From: Steroidobacteraceae bacterium
Lineage (GTDB): Bacteria > Pseudomonadota > Gammaproteobacteria > Steroidobacterales > Steroidobacteraceae
Direction of reading: 5' to 3'
NCBI GenBank assembly: GCA_036824505.1
Contig: DAITAA010000007.1
Location: forward strand, 6,677 to 70,676
DNA: 64,000 bases
Under the pieces are notes generated by a model that was not told the DNA's origin, searched no databases, and worked only from the letters and a program-made list of their open reading frames with translations. Below, one piece after another: positions 15,902-25,276 of the stretch. Position 1 is the first letter of the stretch, and each line of letters begins with the position of its first letter. Made by a program: the position numbers and the translations under genes.

Positions 15902-17427
15902 GCGGTGACGTCATTCTGTCGGCCCACGGCGTCATCAAGCGTTTTGGCGGCGTCACGGCGCTCGATGGCGTGAGCTTCGAGCTGCGCGCGGGCGAAGTGC
16001 ACGCGCTCTGCGGCGAGAACGGCGCGGGCAAGTCGACGCTCATCAAGCTGCTGGCCGGCGTGCACGTCCATGGCAGCTACGAAGGCGAGGTGCAGATCGA
16101 CGGGAAGCCGGCGTCCTTCCGCTCGACCCGCGACGCCGAGCGTGCAGGGATCGCCATCATCCACCAGGAACTCGCACTGTTTCCCGAGATGTCGGTCGGC
16201 GAGAACCTGTTCCTCGGCGCGCTGCCGCTCCATCACGGCTTGATCGACTGGGACCAGGTGTATGCGCGTGCGGCCAAGACTCTCTCGGAATGCGGCATGC
16301 GTCTCGACCCGGCGACCCGCGTCGCCGATCTGGGGGTTGGCCAGCAGCAGCTCGTCGAGATCGCGCGCGCGATTGCGCGCAAGCCGCGCGTGCTGGTGCT
16401 GGACGAGCCGACGGCGGCGCTCGCTCAGCACGAAATCGACGCGCTGCTCGGCCTGGTCCGCGAACTGCGCAAGCGCGGCACGGCCTGCATCTACATTTCG
16501 CACAAGCTGGACGAGGTATTCGCGATCGCCGACCGGATAACGGTGCTGCGTGACGGCGCCGCGCAGGGAACCCTCGATGTCCGCGCCACCTCCGTCGATG
16601 AGGTGATACGGCTGATGGTCGGCCGCCGGATCGAGGACTTCTTCCCGCGCCGCCAGCCCGCGCCGGGCAAGACGCTGCTTGCCGTCCGCGGGCTCAGCGT
16701 GGCGCTGACGGAGGAGTCACCGCCGCTGTTGCGCGACATCGGATTCGAGGCGAAGGCGGGCGAAGTACTCGGCATCGGCGGGCTGATGGGTGCCGGCCGC
16801 ACGGAGCTGCTGCTGCACCTGATCGGGCTCTGGGGCACCCGCACGGGCGGTACCGTGGAGCTCGACGGCGCAACACTCGATGCACATGGGCCACGTGCGG
16901 CATTGCGTGACGGGCTGGTGCTCGTGTCGGAGGACCGCAAACGCTACGGTCTCGTGCTGCCGCAAGGCGTGGCGTTCAATGTGTCGTTGTCCTCGCTGGC
17001 AAGATTGTGCCGCGGACCATTCATCGATGACGACCTCGAGATCAAGCAAACGAAGGCCACCGTCGCGGACCTGCGCATCAAGGCACACACACTCGACCAG
17101 CCTGTCGCCACGCTGTCGGGCGGCAACCAGCAGAAGGTCGTCCTGGGCAAAGTACTGATGACCTTGCCGAAGGTGCTGTTGCTCGACGAGCCGACGCGCG
17201 GCATCGACGTCGGCGCAAAACTCGAGGTTTACGAACTCATCAATCGCCTGACCGGCGACGGCAAGGCCATCGTGCTGGTGTCGAGCGAACTCGGGGAACT
17301 CATCGGGATGAGCGATCGCATCGTGATGCTTTGCGAGGGCCGGATCGGTGGCGTATTCACGCGCGCCGAGGCGACCCAGGAACGGCTGCTCGCGGCCGCG
17401 ATGGGCCGGCTCAACCAGGCGGCCTGA
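15898..17427 (+). CDS. xylG: Sugar ABC transporter ATP-binding protein (two ABC domains)
   Basis: 509 aa with a GTGA overlap. Walker A is GENGAGKST and the signature is LSGGNQQK in the second half. The duplicated NBD architecture is typical of CUT2 transporters. Confidence 0.85.
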   Translation: MSGDVILSAHGVIKRFGGVTALDGVSFELRAGEVHALCGENGAGKSTLIKLLAGVHVHGSYEGEVQIDGKPASFRSTRDAERAGIAIIHQELALFPEMSVGENLFLGALPLHHGLIDWDQVYARAAKTLSECGMRLDPATRVADLGVGQQQLVEIARAIARKPRVLVLDEPTAALAQHEIDALLGLVRELRKRGTACIYISHKLDEVFAIADRITVLRDGAAQGTLDVRATSVDEVIRLMVGRRIEDFFPRRQPAPGKTLLAVRGLSVALTEESPPLLRDIGFEAKAGEVLGIGGLMGAGRTELLLHLIGLWGTRTGGTVELDGATLDAHGPRAALRDGLVLVSEDRKRYGLVLPQGVAFNVSLSSLARLCRGPFIDDDLEIKQTKATVADLRIKAHTLDQPVATLSGGNQQKVVLGKVLMTLPKVLLLDEPTRGIDVGAKLEVYELINRLTGDGKAIVLVSSELGELIGMSDRIVMLCEGRIGGVFTRAEATQERLLAAAMGRLNQAA

Positions 17428-17428
17428 G

Positions 17429-18556
17429 TTGAAGAAGATCGCCACCCGCGAGCTGTCGATGGCGATCGCGCTGATCGCGATCTGGGCGTTCTTCGCCTGG
17501 CAGGAGCCGGTATTCCTGTCGCCGCGCAACCTGTCGCTGCTGTCGGTCGAGCTCGCCGTAACCGCGATCCTCGCGCTTGGCATGCTGATCGTGCTGTTGC
17601 CGGGCCAGATCGACCTGTCGGCTGGCAGCGGCGTCGGGCTTGCGGGCGCGGTCGCGGCCGTGCTCGTGTTCTGGCACGACGTGCCGGCGCCGTTCGCGCT
17701 CCTGATCGCCACGATCGGGGCCGTGGTGGTCTGGGCCGGCATGGGCGCGCTCGTCGCGATCGAACGGATCCCGGCCTTCATCATGACCCTGGGCGGGCTG
17801 CTGGTGTTCCGCGGCCTGCACTGGCTCACGATCCACAACCAGACGGTCCCGGTCGTGGAGGGCGGCAACCAGAACCTGTATTCGCTGCTGACGACGTACT
17901 ACCTGCCGGCCGGCGCGGGCTACGTGCTCGCGACCGCAGTCGTGCTCGCGCTGGCGGCATCGATGCTGCGCGCTCGCGCGCGTCGCAAGGCTCATGGCTT
18001 CGAAATCGATGACGGCGAGCTGACGTTCCTCAAGCTGTTTGTGCTGGCGCAATTCGTGTTACTGGTCCTGCTCGTGACGAACAACTATCGTGGTGTGCCG
18101 CTTGCGCTCGTGATCCTCGGGGCCGTTGCCACACTCGTGCATCAGCTGACGACCAATACGCCGTTCGGCCGGTATCTGTACGCGATTGGCGGCAATGAAG
18201 ACGCGGCAACGGTTTCGGGCGTGCCGGTGCGCGCGACCATCATCGGCGCCTTTGCGCTCATGGGAGGCATCGTCGCGCTGACTGGATTCATGCAGACCGC
18301 GTATTCCGGCGCATCCACCTCGACCGTCGGTTCATTGATGGAGCTCGATGCCGTTGCCGCCTGCGTCATCGGCGGCACGAGCCTGCGTGGCGGGCGGGGC
18401 ACGGTACTCGGCGTGCTGTTCGGCGCGCTGATCATGGCGAGCCTGCTGAACGGCATGACGCTGATGGCCGTGTCGCCCGAGGCCAAGTACATCGCGCGCG
18501 GGCTGGTGCTGGCGCTCGCGGTCTGGCTGGACCTGCGCATGGCGAAAGGCAACTAG
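17429..18556 (+). CDS. xylH: Sugar ABC transporter permease (CUT2, XylH-like)
   Basis: Polytopic membrane protein. ..FLSPRNLSLLSVELAVTAILALGMLIVLLPGQIDLSAGS.. parallels XylH. The start is taken at TTG 17429, just after the xylG stop; ATG 17459 is an alternative. The 5' 81 nt of the listed ORF overlap xylG and were rejected. Confidence 0.75.
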   Translation: MKKIATRELSMAIALIAIWAFFAWQEPVFLSPRNLSLLSVELAVTAILALGMLIVLLPGQIDLSAGSGVGLAGAVAAVLVFWHDVPAPFALLIATIGAVVVWAGMGALVAIERIPAFIMTLGGLLVFRGLHWLTIHNQTVPVVEGGNQNLYSLLTTYYLPAGAGYVLATAVVLALAASMLRARARRKAHGFEIDDGELTFLKLFVLAQFVLLVLLVTNNYRGVPLALVILGAVATLVHQLTTNTPFGRYLYAIGGNEDAATVSGVPVRATIIGAFALMGGIVALTGFMQTAYSGASTSTVGSLMELDAVAACVIGGTSLRGGRGTVLGVLFGALIMASLLNGMTLMAVSPEAKYIARGLVLALAVWLDLRMAKGN

Positions 18557-18584
18557 GCGCTGCGGGAAACCCTGTCGTCCTTCA

Positions 18585-20222
18585 ATGAACCGGCCTGCGC
18601 TGAATCGGGTACGAATCGCGGCAATGCTGCTCGGAATCGTCGGGCTGCAGGCCGCCGCATGCGCCGAAGCGATCCTCTTCGTCGGCAACAGCTTCACATT
18701 CGGCGGGGACTCGCCGCCGGTGCAGGCCTATCGGCCAGAGACCGTGACGGACCTCAATCACGAGGGCATCGGTGGTGTACCGGCATTGTTCAAGTGCTTC
18801 ACCCGCGAGGCGGGCCTGGCCTATGAGGTCAGTCTCGAAACGGCCCCCGGCACGAACCTGGATTTTCACCATGAGCAGAAGGCAGCGCTGATCGCAGGCG
18901 CCTGGGATCACGTGGTCCTGCAGGGCTACAGCACGCTCGATGCGGATTCGCCCGGCGATGCCGGCAAGATCATCGACTACTCGGCGCGGCTCGCAGAGCT
19001 GTTCCACGCTGCGAATCCAAAGGTCGACGTGCGCCTGGTCGCGACCTGGTCGCGGGCCGATCAAACCTATCTTGCATCCGGCCACTGGTTCGGCAAGCCC
19101 ATCGAAACCATGGCGGTCGATGTGCGCGCCGCGTATGACCAGGCGGCCGAGCACTCTGCACACATCCGCGCCGTGATACCGGTCGGCCAGGCCTGGAACC
19201 GGGCCATCGACCAAGGAATCGCGGCACGTAATCCCTATCAGGCGATTGGCCCCGGGCAAATCAATCTCTGGGCCGCCGACAACTACCATGCGAGCGTGTA
19301 CGGCTACTATCTCGAGGCGCTCGTCATCTTCGGCAGCGTCACCGGCCACGATCCGCGCAGCCTGGGACGCAAGGAACAGGCCGCGGCCCAGCTGGGGATT
19401 TCACCGGCCATGGCGCTCGCGCTTCAGCGCATTGCTTTCGAAACGCTCGCGGGCGAACGAACGAAAAAAGTGAATCCGGCGACCGTCGACGCCACGCCCA
19501 TCGGAAAATGGAATCTGGTCGTTGCAGCGTCGGATGAATTCGACGGTATCACTCTCGATGCCGCCAAGTGGAAGAAGGGCCTTTGGTACGACACATCGGG
19601 CGTTCTGGCGTTCAGGCAGGAGAACATCGCCGTATCCGGCGGCAATCTGGTTCTGACCGCAAGAAAAGAAGCGTTCAATGAAAAATCCTACACCGGTGGT
19701 GCTGTGGAATCCCTTTTTGATGTGCCGGGAGTGATCGGTTACGTGGAAGTCCGGGCCAAGGCGCTGCATCGCGATGCAAATGTGCTGAGCGCCATCTGGT
19801 TGCAGTCTTCACCCTTGACCTTGGCTGACAATCCAAATCCCGAAATAGACATTCAGGAAACCTTCAACTACGACGGCGTGGTCAGCACCCTGCACACCTG
19901 GGCCATCGGTCCTGAAACTCCTGCCCCGACTGCCCCGGATGAATATATTCATACCCAGACTGCCCCGAATGAATTCAAGACAGGGGTGGACGTCAGTGCG
20001 GGCTACCATGTCTATGGCCTGGAACGAAGCCATGGGAAACTTCGCTTCTATTTCGACGGAAAACTGGCCTGGGAAGTCGTGCCGTCAGATCCTTCGTTCG
20101 TGAACATGCCGCGCCATGTGGTGCTCAGTCTCGAAGGCCATCTGGGCGACCCAGTGGATAGGTATCTGCCCCAAAGTTTTCTGGTGGACTACGTGCGTAC
20201 CTACATCCCCGCGGCCGATTAG
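18585..20222 (+). CDS. Secreted fusion protein: N-terminal SGNH/DUF4886-like esterase domain + C-terminal GH16 domain
   Basis: 545 aa with a signal peptide. Block I is ILFVGNSFTFGG and block V-like is WAADNYHAS. The C-terminal half has SDEFDG..LD..KW....W and the GH16 catalytic motif EIDIQE. Confidence 0.7.
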   Translation: MNRPALNRVRIAAMLLGIVGLQAAACAEAILFVGNSFTFGGDSPPVQAYRPETVTDLNHEGIGGVPALFKCFTREAGLAYEVSLETAPGTNLDFHHEQKAALIAGAWDHVVLQGYSTLDADSPGDAGKIIDYSARLAELFHAANPKVDVRLVATWSRADQTYLASGHWFGKPIETMAVDVRAAYDQAAEHSAHIRAVIPVGQAWNRAIDQGIAARNPYQAIGPGQINLWAADNYHASVYGYYLEALVIFGSVTGHDPRSLGRKEQAAAQLGISPAMALALQRIAFETLAGERTKKVNPATVDATPIGKWNLVVAASDEFDGITLDAAKWKKGLWYDTSGVLAFRQENIAVSGGNLVLTARKEAFNEKSYTGGAVESLFDVPGVIGYVEVRAKALHRDANVLSAIWLQSSPLTLADNPNPEIDIQETFNYDGVVSTLHTWAIGPETPAPTAPDEYIHTQTAPNEFKTGVDVSAGYHVYGLERSHGKLRFYFDGKLAWEVVPSDPSFVNMPRHVVLSLEGHLGDPVDRYLPQSFLVDYVRTYIPAAD

Positions 20223-20241
20223 GCTGCTCCCGGAAAGGAAT

Positions 20242-21441
20242 TCATGCCTCCAATACTCGCCGCGGCAGCAGGCGGGCCAGCAGTGCCGGAGCGCCCGTGG
20301 CACGCAGATGCGGATGATCCGCGAGAAAGCTGCGTCGCGCGCTCGCCGCCGTGTGCGACTCGTCGCCGGGCGCCCAGCCCGGCGGCATCACAAGGTAAGC
20401 GAGCCGCTCGCGCCAGCCGCGCGCGCTGCGCACGTCGCGCGCCAGCAACAGCAGCTCGCCGAAGTAGAAATCGACGAAGCTGGTGACATTGATGTCGCGC
20501 GTGATGCCGTATTCGATTTTCACTTCATCGCGCAGCGGCTGCAATGTGCCGAACATCCAATCCCAGAACGGCAGCAGCGTGCAGAAGTTGGTGTCCATGT
20601 AGAGCGGGTTGCGGGCGTGATGAACCCGATGGTAGGACGGCGTGATGATGAAATAGCGCGCCGGGCCGAAGCGGCCCGTGCGAAACGAGCGTTCACCGGC
20701 GTGGATGAAGGTTCCCCAGGTAACCTCGAAGGCCATGATCACGACCAGCATGGCAGGCTCAACGCCGAGCAGCATCAACAGCGGCGCCTGCACCAGCGCG
20801 GAGTAATAGCCTTCAGCGAAGAAGTGCACCCAGGCCACCGTCATGTTCAGATTCTGGGGAGCGTGGTGTGGTGAGTGCAGGCACCACAGCAGGCGCACCT
20901 TGTGCGCGCCGTAGTGCCAGATCCAGGTGGACAGCTCCCACATCAGCAGGGCATAGAGCCATCCGTACCAGTGGTAGCCGACTCGAAACAGTGCAAATGG
21001 CTGGAAGTAAGGCAACAGCAACCAGAACACATCGATGACGATCAGCCGCGGCAGCAGGCCGAGCAGCAGTCCGGTAAAAAAGGTGGGCTGGTATTCGAGC
21101 GCCGTCGCCCGAAACAGCCGCGCCGCCATGCCCGGGCCGCGCCCCTGGGCGCGCTCCTCGCGGGCCAGCACGATGAGGAAACGCAACAACTCCCACAACG
21201 TGAGCAGTGAAATCAGCAGTCCCACCACTGCCAGCACACTGTCGTGGTAATGCCCGTCATTGAAAGGCTTGAGCAGGTCGGTGATGAAACCCTGGCCCGC
21301 TGCCGTCGTTTGCGCATAGTGCACGAGGCCGGCGGCGAGACCCCAGGTGGTGTAGACGAACACGCCGGCGAATAGCAATGCTTCGAGATGCCGCCATAAC
21401 GGCGGCGTGTGGCGCCACGCCGGAACATCACGCTGTGTCAT
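20242..21441 (-). CDS. Fatty acid hydroxylase / sterol desaturase family membrane di-iron oxygenase
   Basis: 399 aa and polytopic. Three His boxes: HYGAH, HSPHH, HRVHH. ATGA overlap with the upstream GH16 stop. Confidence 0.8.
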   Translation of the reverse strand: MTQRDVPAWRHTPPLWRHLEALLFAGVFVYTTWGLAAGLVHYAQTTAAGQGFITDLLKPFNDGHYHDSVLAVVGLLISLLTLWELLRFLIVLAREERAQGRGPGMAARLFRATALEYQPTFFTGLLLGLLPRLIVIDVFWLLLPYFQPFALFRVGYHWYGWLYALLMWELSTWIWHYGAHKVRLLWCLHSPHHAPQNLNMTVAWVHFFAEGYYSALVQAPLLMLLGVEPAMLVVIMAFEVTWGTFIHAGERSFRTGRFGPARYFIITPSYHRVHHARNPLYMDTNFCTLLPFWDWMFGTLQPLRDEVKIEYGITRDINVTSFVDFYFGELLLLARDVRSARGWRERLAYLVMPPGWAPGDESHTAASARRSFLADHPHLRATGAPALLARLLPRRVLEA

Positions 21442-22775
21442 CTGATGCGCGCGAATTCGACCGCGTCGATGTGGACCGCTCCCGACTCGTCAAAGACCTG
21501 GCCGAAGGCCAGCGACAGCCGGGCCTCGACCGCTCCGGCCGGGGCCACCGCTTCCAGTTCGTAGTCGTGCCAGGCATCGGTCGGCGTCGTCCCGTCGGCA
21601 ATCGCCCGCTCCTGGAATCCGAGCATTGCCGGGCCGCCGAAGTAGTCGCCCCAGTGGTTGTAGAACTCAATCTTCATCGTGGCGTGGTCTTGTGAGCCGG
21701 CCAGATCCTCTGCCGAACGCACGAACGCCGAGAGCCTGGCACGAACCCGCTCGCCGCCGGCGACGCTGATGCTTTGAGTCACGCCGGAATAATTTACCTC
21801 GCCAATCGCCTGACCGGAAATCTTCAATGCGTAAGTGCCATCGCGCACCACCTGCCGATGCACGAGCACATTCGGTTTGTCGTCGATGCGATTGCCGAAG
21901 ATGTGCCAGCCGGCCAGCGAGCCGCCGTGCTCGTCGAAACCGCCGTTGCGAAACGTGCGGCTGCCCGGTTCGTCGGTGAGCTCGTAGACGCGGACCCAAT
22001 CCACGAGCATTCGCTGCGGCCAGGCCGTCGTTTCGTTCGGCGGCGGCAGGAAGTCGCCGCCGATCGCCGTATCGATGATCAGTCGCATCGGCACGGTGAG
22101 TTTCGGCAGGAAGTATCCGACTTCGTCGTTGTAGAAAGTGCCGTGGTGGATGTCATCCACGTAGAACCGGAGCTGGTTCTCGACCCATTCGCAGGCGAAC
22201 GTGTGAAATCCGTCGGCGTAAGCGACGAGTTGGTCGGCGATCGCCGCTTGATGCTCGACCGCGAACGAATCCTGCGAAGCGGGATCATGCGTCGCCCAGC
22301 GGAATGCGCTCGACACGACCGTGGGCCGATCGCCGCGATGCTCCAGGATGTCGATCTCGCCCGCGGTCGGCCGCGGTGCGTCGGGCAGCAGCCGGATCGC
22401 GGGCCACAAGCCCCTCGAACCGGGCAGCCGGGCTCGCACTTCCCAGCGGCCGAACCGCTGTGCGCGCCGGCTGACGATCCGGCCCGAGCGATAAGGCAGG
22501 GCGCGCGACGGCTCGTTCTCGGACAGGATCTCCAGCTTGCCGTCCATGACGCGGATCTGTTCCGGCCGATAGTCCTGCAGCGAGGTATTCGTCGGCCGGC
22601 TGTCGTCGATCACATCCCATTTGTCGCGATCGAGCGTGTCGAAGTTGTCGCTCCACGCCAGGTGCCACTTGGGCGGCGGAACAACGACCGACTCCGCTTC
22701 ATCCGCGCCGATCGCCTGCGCCGCGCCCCACAGCAGCAGGCCAAGGGAGGCAAGGCCGGAACATGATCGCGCCAT
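21438..22775 (-). CDS. Secreted GH16 glucanase with C-terminal CBM4/9-like module
   Basis: 445 aa with a signal peptide. W.D.FD.LD..KW, catalytic EIDILE, then ..FRNGGFDEHGGSLAGWHIFGN.. typical of CBM_4_9. Confidence 0.8.
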   Translation of the reverse strand: MARSCSGLASLGLLLWGAAQAIGADEAESVVVPPPKWHLAWSDNFDTLDRDKWDVIDDSRPTNTSLQDYRPEQIRVMDGKLEILSENEPSRALPYRSGRIVSRRAQRFGRWEVRARLPGSRGLWPAIRLLPDAPRPTAGEIDILEHRGDRPTVVSSAFRWATHDPASQDSFAVEHQAAIADQLVAYADGFHTFACEWVENQLRFYVDDIHHGTFYNDEVGYFLPKLTVPMRLIIDTAIGGDFLPPPNETTAWPQRMLVDWVRVYELTDEPGSRTFRNGGFDEHGGSLAGWHIFGNRIDDKPNVLVHRQVVRDGTYALKISGQAIGEVNYSGVTQSISVAGGERVRARLSAFVRSAEDLAGSQDHATMKIEFYNHWGDYFGGPAMLGFQERAIADGTTPTDAWHDYELEAVAPAGAVEARLSLAFGQVFDESGAVHIDAVEFARIR

Positions 22776-25276
22776 CAGCGCCAGCGCACCACGATTTCCG
22801 GCGCATCGTCGATTTCGAGCGTCGCCTGCGGCTTCATCGGCTCCATCTGCCGCAGGCGCTCGAGGTACTGCTTGTCGTAATAGACGTCGCTCAGGGCTTC
22901 CAGAGGATCGAGCATGCGAACGACGCGCGATTGCACGGCAGCCGCCACCCCATTGACGGTCGCCCCGGTGACCGCATCGAAGCCATGCAGGATCACCTGG
23001 ATCCTGCGAAACGGCGAGGAATAGTTTCCGTCAGGGCGCGAGAAGCTGAGCTGCCTCGTGGCCGGATCGAACGCGATGAGCCGCCTGCGGAATTGCCCCT
23101 TGCGGTAGTCCAGCGTTTCACCGTCATCGTCGTAGTAAACGAATTCGCTCCGCTCGGCGCCGTTGAACAGGTGCACGGTGAGCACCGGTCCGGGATCGTC
23201 CCGGGTCGATTGCACCTTTCGCTGCATGGGAATGATTGCGGAAGCCTTCGCGAAGATCGGGATCCTGTGGCCCGCATACTCCGAGCGGATGACGCGACCG
23301 CCATCGAGCCGTTCGTCGGTGAAGAGATCAAACCATTGCCCGGCGGGCAGGTACGTGGACTTCTCCTGCTCCTTGCTGGTCATGGGATTCACCAGGAGCC
23401 CCGGACCGAACAGAAATTCGTACTGAAAGTCCGGCTTGAATACGTTGGCGTCGAAGGAATGGTCGATGCTCAAGCTGCGGCTCACGGGCATGCCGGTCTG
23501 AGTGGCTTCGTAGAACGCCGAATAGAGATAAGGCATCAGTTGGTACCGGAATCCGATATAGGCCTTCGAAATCGCCTCGACTTCCTCGCCGTAGGCCCAG
23601 GGCTCGTTGGCGGCGGTGAACTGCCCGCGATGATTGCGCAGATACGGGGCGAAGACGCCGACTTCGACCCAGCGACGGAACAGGTCCTTGTTGCCATCGC
23701 CGATATAGCCGCCGAGGTCGGGACCGGTGAACGGCACGCCGGACAATCCCATCTGGTTGACGAGCAGGGCGCCGAGCAGGATGTGCTCGTCCTTGGCCTG
23801 ATTGTCGCCGCTCCACACCGCGGCGTAGCGCTGGATGCCTGCGAATCCCGAACGGCTTAGAACGAAGGGTCGCCGGTTGCCGCCATATTGCTCGGCCGAT
23901 TCGAACGCGGCGCGCGCCATCAGCATGCCGTAGTAGTTCTGCGCTTCGAGCGCCGAGGTCTTCTGGCCGTCGAAATTGAACACCACGTTGTCCGGCATGG
24001 CCTGGCCGTCGATTGCAGGTTCGTTCATGTCGTTCCACAAGCCGTGGATCCCGAGATCCTGGTAAAGCTTCATATTGTCGATCCACCAGCGCCGCCCGCG
24101 CGGATCGGAAAAATCCACGAAGTGATTGGTGTTGGGCGCGATGTCCGCGACCCACAGCTCGCCGTCAGCGTAGCGCAGGAACACGTTCTCCTTCAGACCG
24201 CTCTTGTATTGTTCGTACGTGTCGTCGATGGCAATGCCGGGATTGACCGAGGCAGTGAGTTCGACGTTCATGCCGCGCAGGGTATCGGCGAGGCGCCGCA
24301 TGTCCGGGAAGCGCTCGCGATTGATGCGAAACGGCTGGTATCGGTGCAGGTAGTCGGCATCGAGTGTGATTCCGTCCAGAGGAATCCGCTTGGCGCGAAA
24401 TGTGTTGGCGATGAACATCACCTGTTCTTCCGGATAGTAGCTGCAGCGCGACTGCTGATAGCCGAGGCTCCAGCGCGGCGGCAGCGGCATCCTTCCGGTG
24501 AGCGAGGTGTAGTGCTCCAGGATCTTGCTAACCGACGCATCGAAAATGAAGAACTGGTCCAGAGAGCCGCCGTCGAAGCTAAAGGACGCGAAGCGGCGAT
24601 TGGACGCGCCGAAGTTGAATACGGATCGAAAGGAATTGTTGAAGAAGAGTCCATAGGCCTTGCCGTCATGCAGCCCCATGAAAAACGGAATGCTCACGTA
24701 CATCGGAACCTTGGGATCGTCGTACCGATAGTTGTCCGTGTTCTTGAGCGTAAGAACGGTCCCGCGCCGGTCGAGATTGCCGAGCTGCTCGCCCATGCCG
24801 ATGAAGCGCTCGTCGCTCTGCAGCCGCTTGTACACGGTGATCTTGTCGCCGACGAGCGTCATGCCGAGCTCTTTGCCGGGCAGATCCTCGTTGATGACGT
24901 TGCCGTTTGCATCCTTGAACGTGATGCGCAGGTCGGGGCGTAGCTCCACCTCGGCCGCGATGCTCAAAGTCTTGAGCACGACGACGGGGCCGGCGGCGCT
25001 GACGCTGAACTGCGAAAAATCGGGCGGCTCGTCCGTGGTCAGGGCATAGCCGACGTGTCGCGGCGACCCCAGAGGCGTCACGCGCACCCGGATAATGTGA
25101 GGTGAATACGCATCGACTGAGAATTCGGCCATGGCGGTTCGCCCGGCGATGCCGTGCGCAGTTTTCTCATACGACTGCACGGCGCCAAGATTGGCGGCGC
25201 GCGCTGCGGGAGCGAGGCTGCCCAGCATCAGAAGGCTGACGCTGGCCACCCGGATGAACGCTCGAATTGCCGTCAT
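22775..25276 (-). CDS. GH31 alpha-glucosidase (or alpha-xylosidase-type), secreted
   Basis: 833 aa with a signal peptide. The GH31 nucleophile block is GLWNDMNEP and the acid/base region is RSGFAGIQRYAAVWSGDN. Confidence 0.85.
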   Translation of the reverse strand: MTAIRAFIRVASVSLLMLGSLAPAARAANLGAVQSYEKTAHGIAGRTAMAEFSVDAYSPHIIRVRVTPLGSPRHVGYALTTDEPPDFSQFSVSAAGPVVVLKTLSIAAEVELRPDLRITFKDANGNVINEDLPGKELGMTLVGDKITVYKRLQSDERFIGMGEQLGNLDRRGTVLTLKNTDNYRYDDPKVPMYVSIPFFMGLHDGKAYGLFFNNSFRSVFNFGASNRRFASFSFDGGSLDQFFIFDASVSKILEHYTSLTGRMPLPPRWSLGYQQSRCSYYPEEQVMFIANTFRAKRIPLDGITLDADYLHRYQPFRINRERFPDMRRLADTLRGMNVELTASVNPGIAIDDTYEQYKSGLKENVFLRYADGELWVADIAPNTNHFVDFSDPRGRRWWIDNMKLYQDLGIHGLWNDMNEPAIDGQAMPDNVVFNFDGQKTSALEAQNYYGMLMARAAFESAEQYGGNRRPFVLSRSGFAGIQRYAAVWSGDNQAKDEHILLGALLVNQMGLSGVPFTGPDLGGYIGDGNKDLFRRWVEVGVFAPYLRNHRGQFTAANEPWAYGEEVEAISKAYIGFRYQLMPYLYSAFYEATQTGMPVSRSLSIDHSFDANVFKPDFQYEFLFGPGLLVNPMTSKEQEKSTYLPAGQWFDLFTDERLDGGRVIRSEYAGHRIPIFAKASAIIPMQRKVQSTRDDPGPVLTVHLFNGAERSEFVYYDDDGETLDYRKGQFRRRLIAFDPATRQLSFSRPDGNYSSPFRRIQVILHGFDAVTGATVNGVAAAVQSRVVRMLDPLEALSDVYYDKQYLERLRQMEPMKPQATLEIDDAPEIVVRWR

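Noticed and set aside
22763-24943. Plus-strand ORFs 22763..23860 and 23888..24943
   Set aside because: They are antisense to the GH31 gene and are shadow ORFs.
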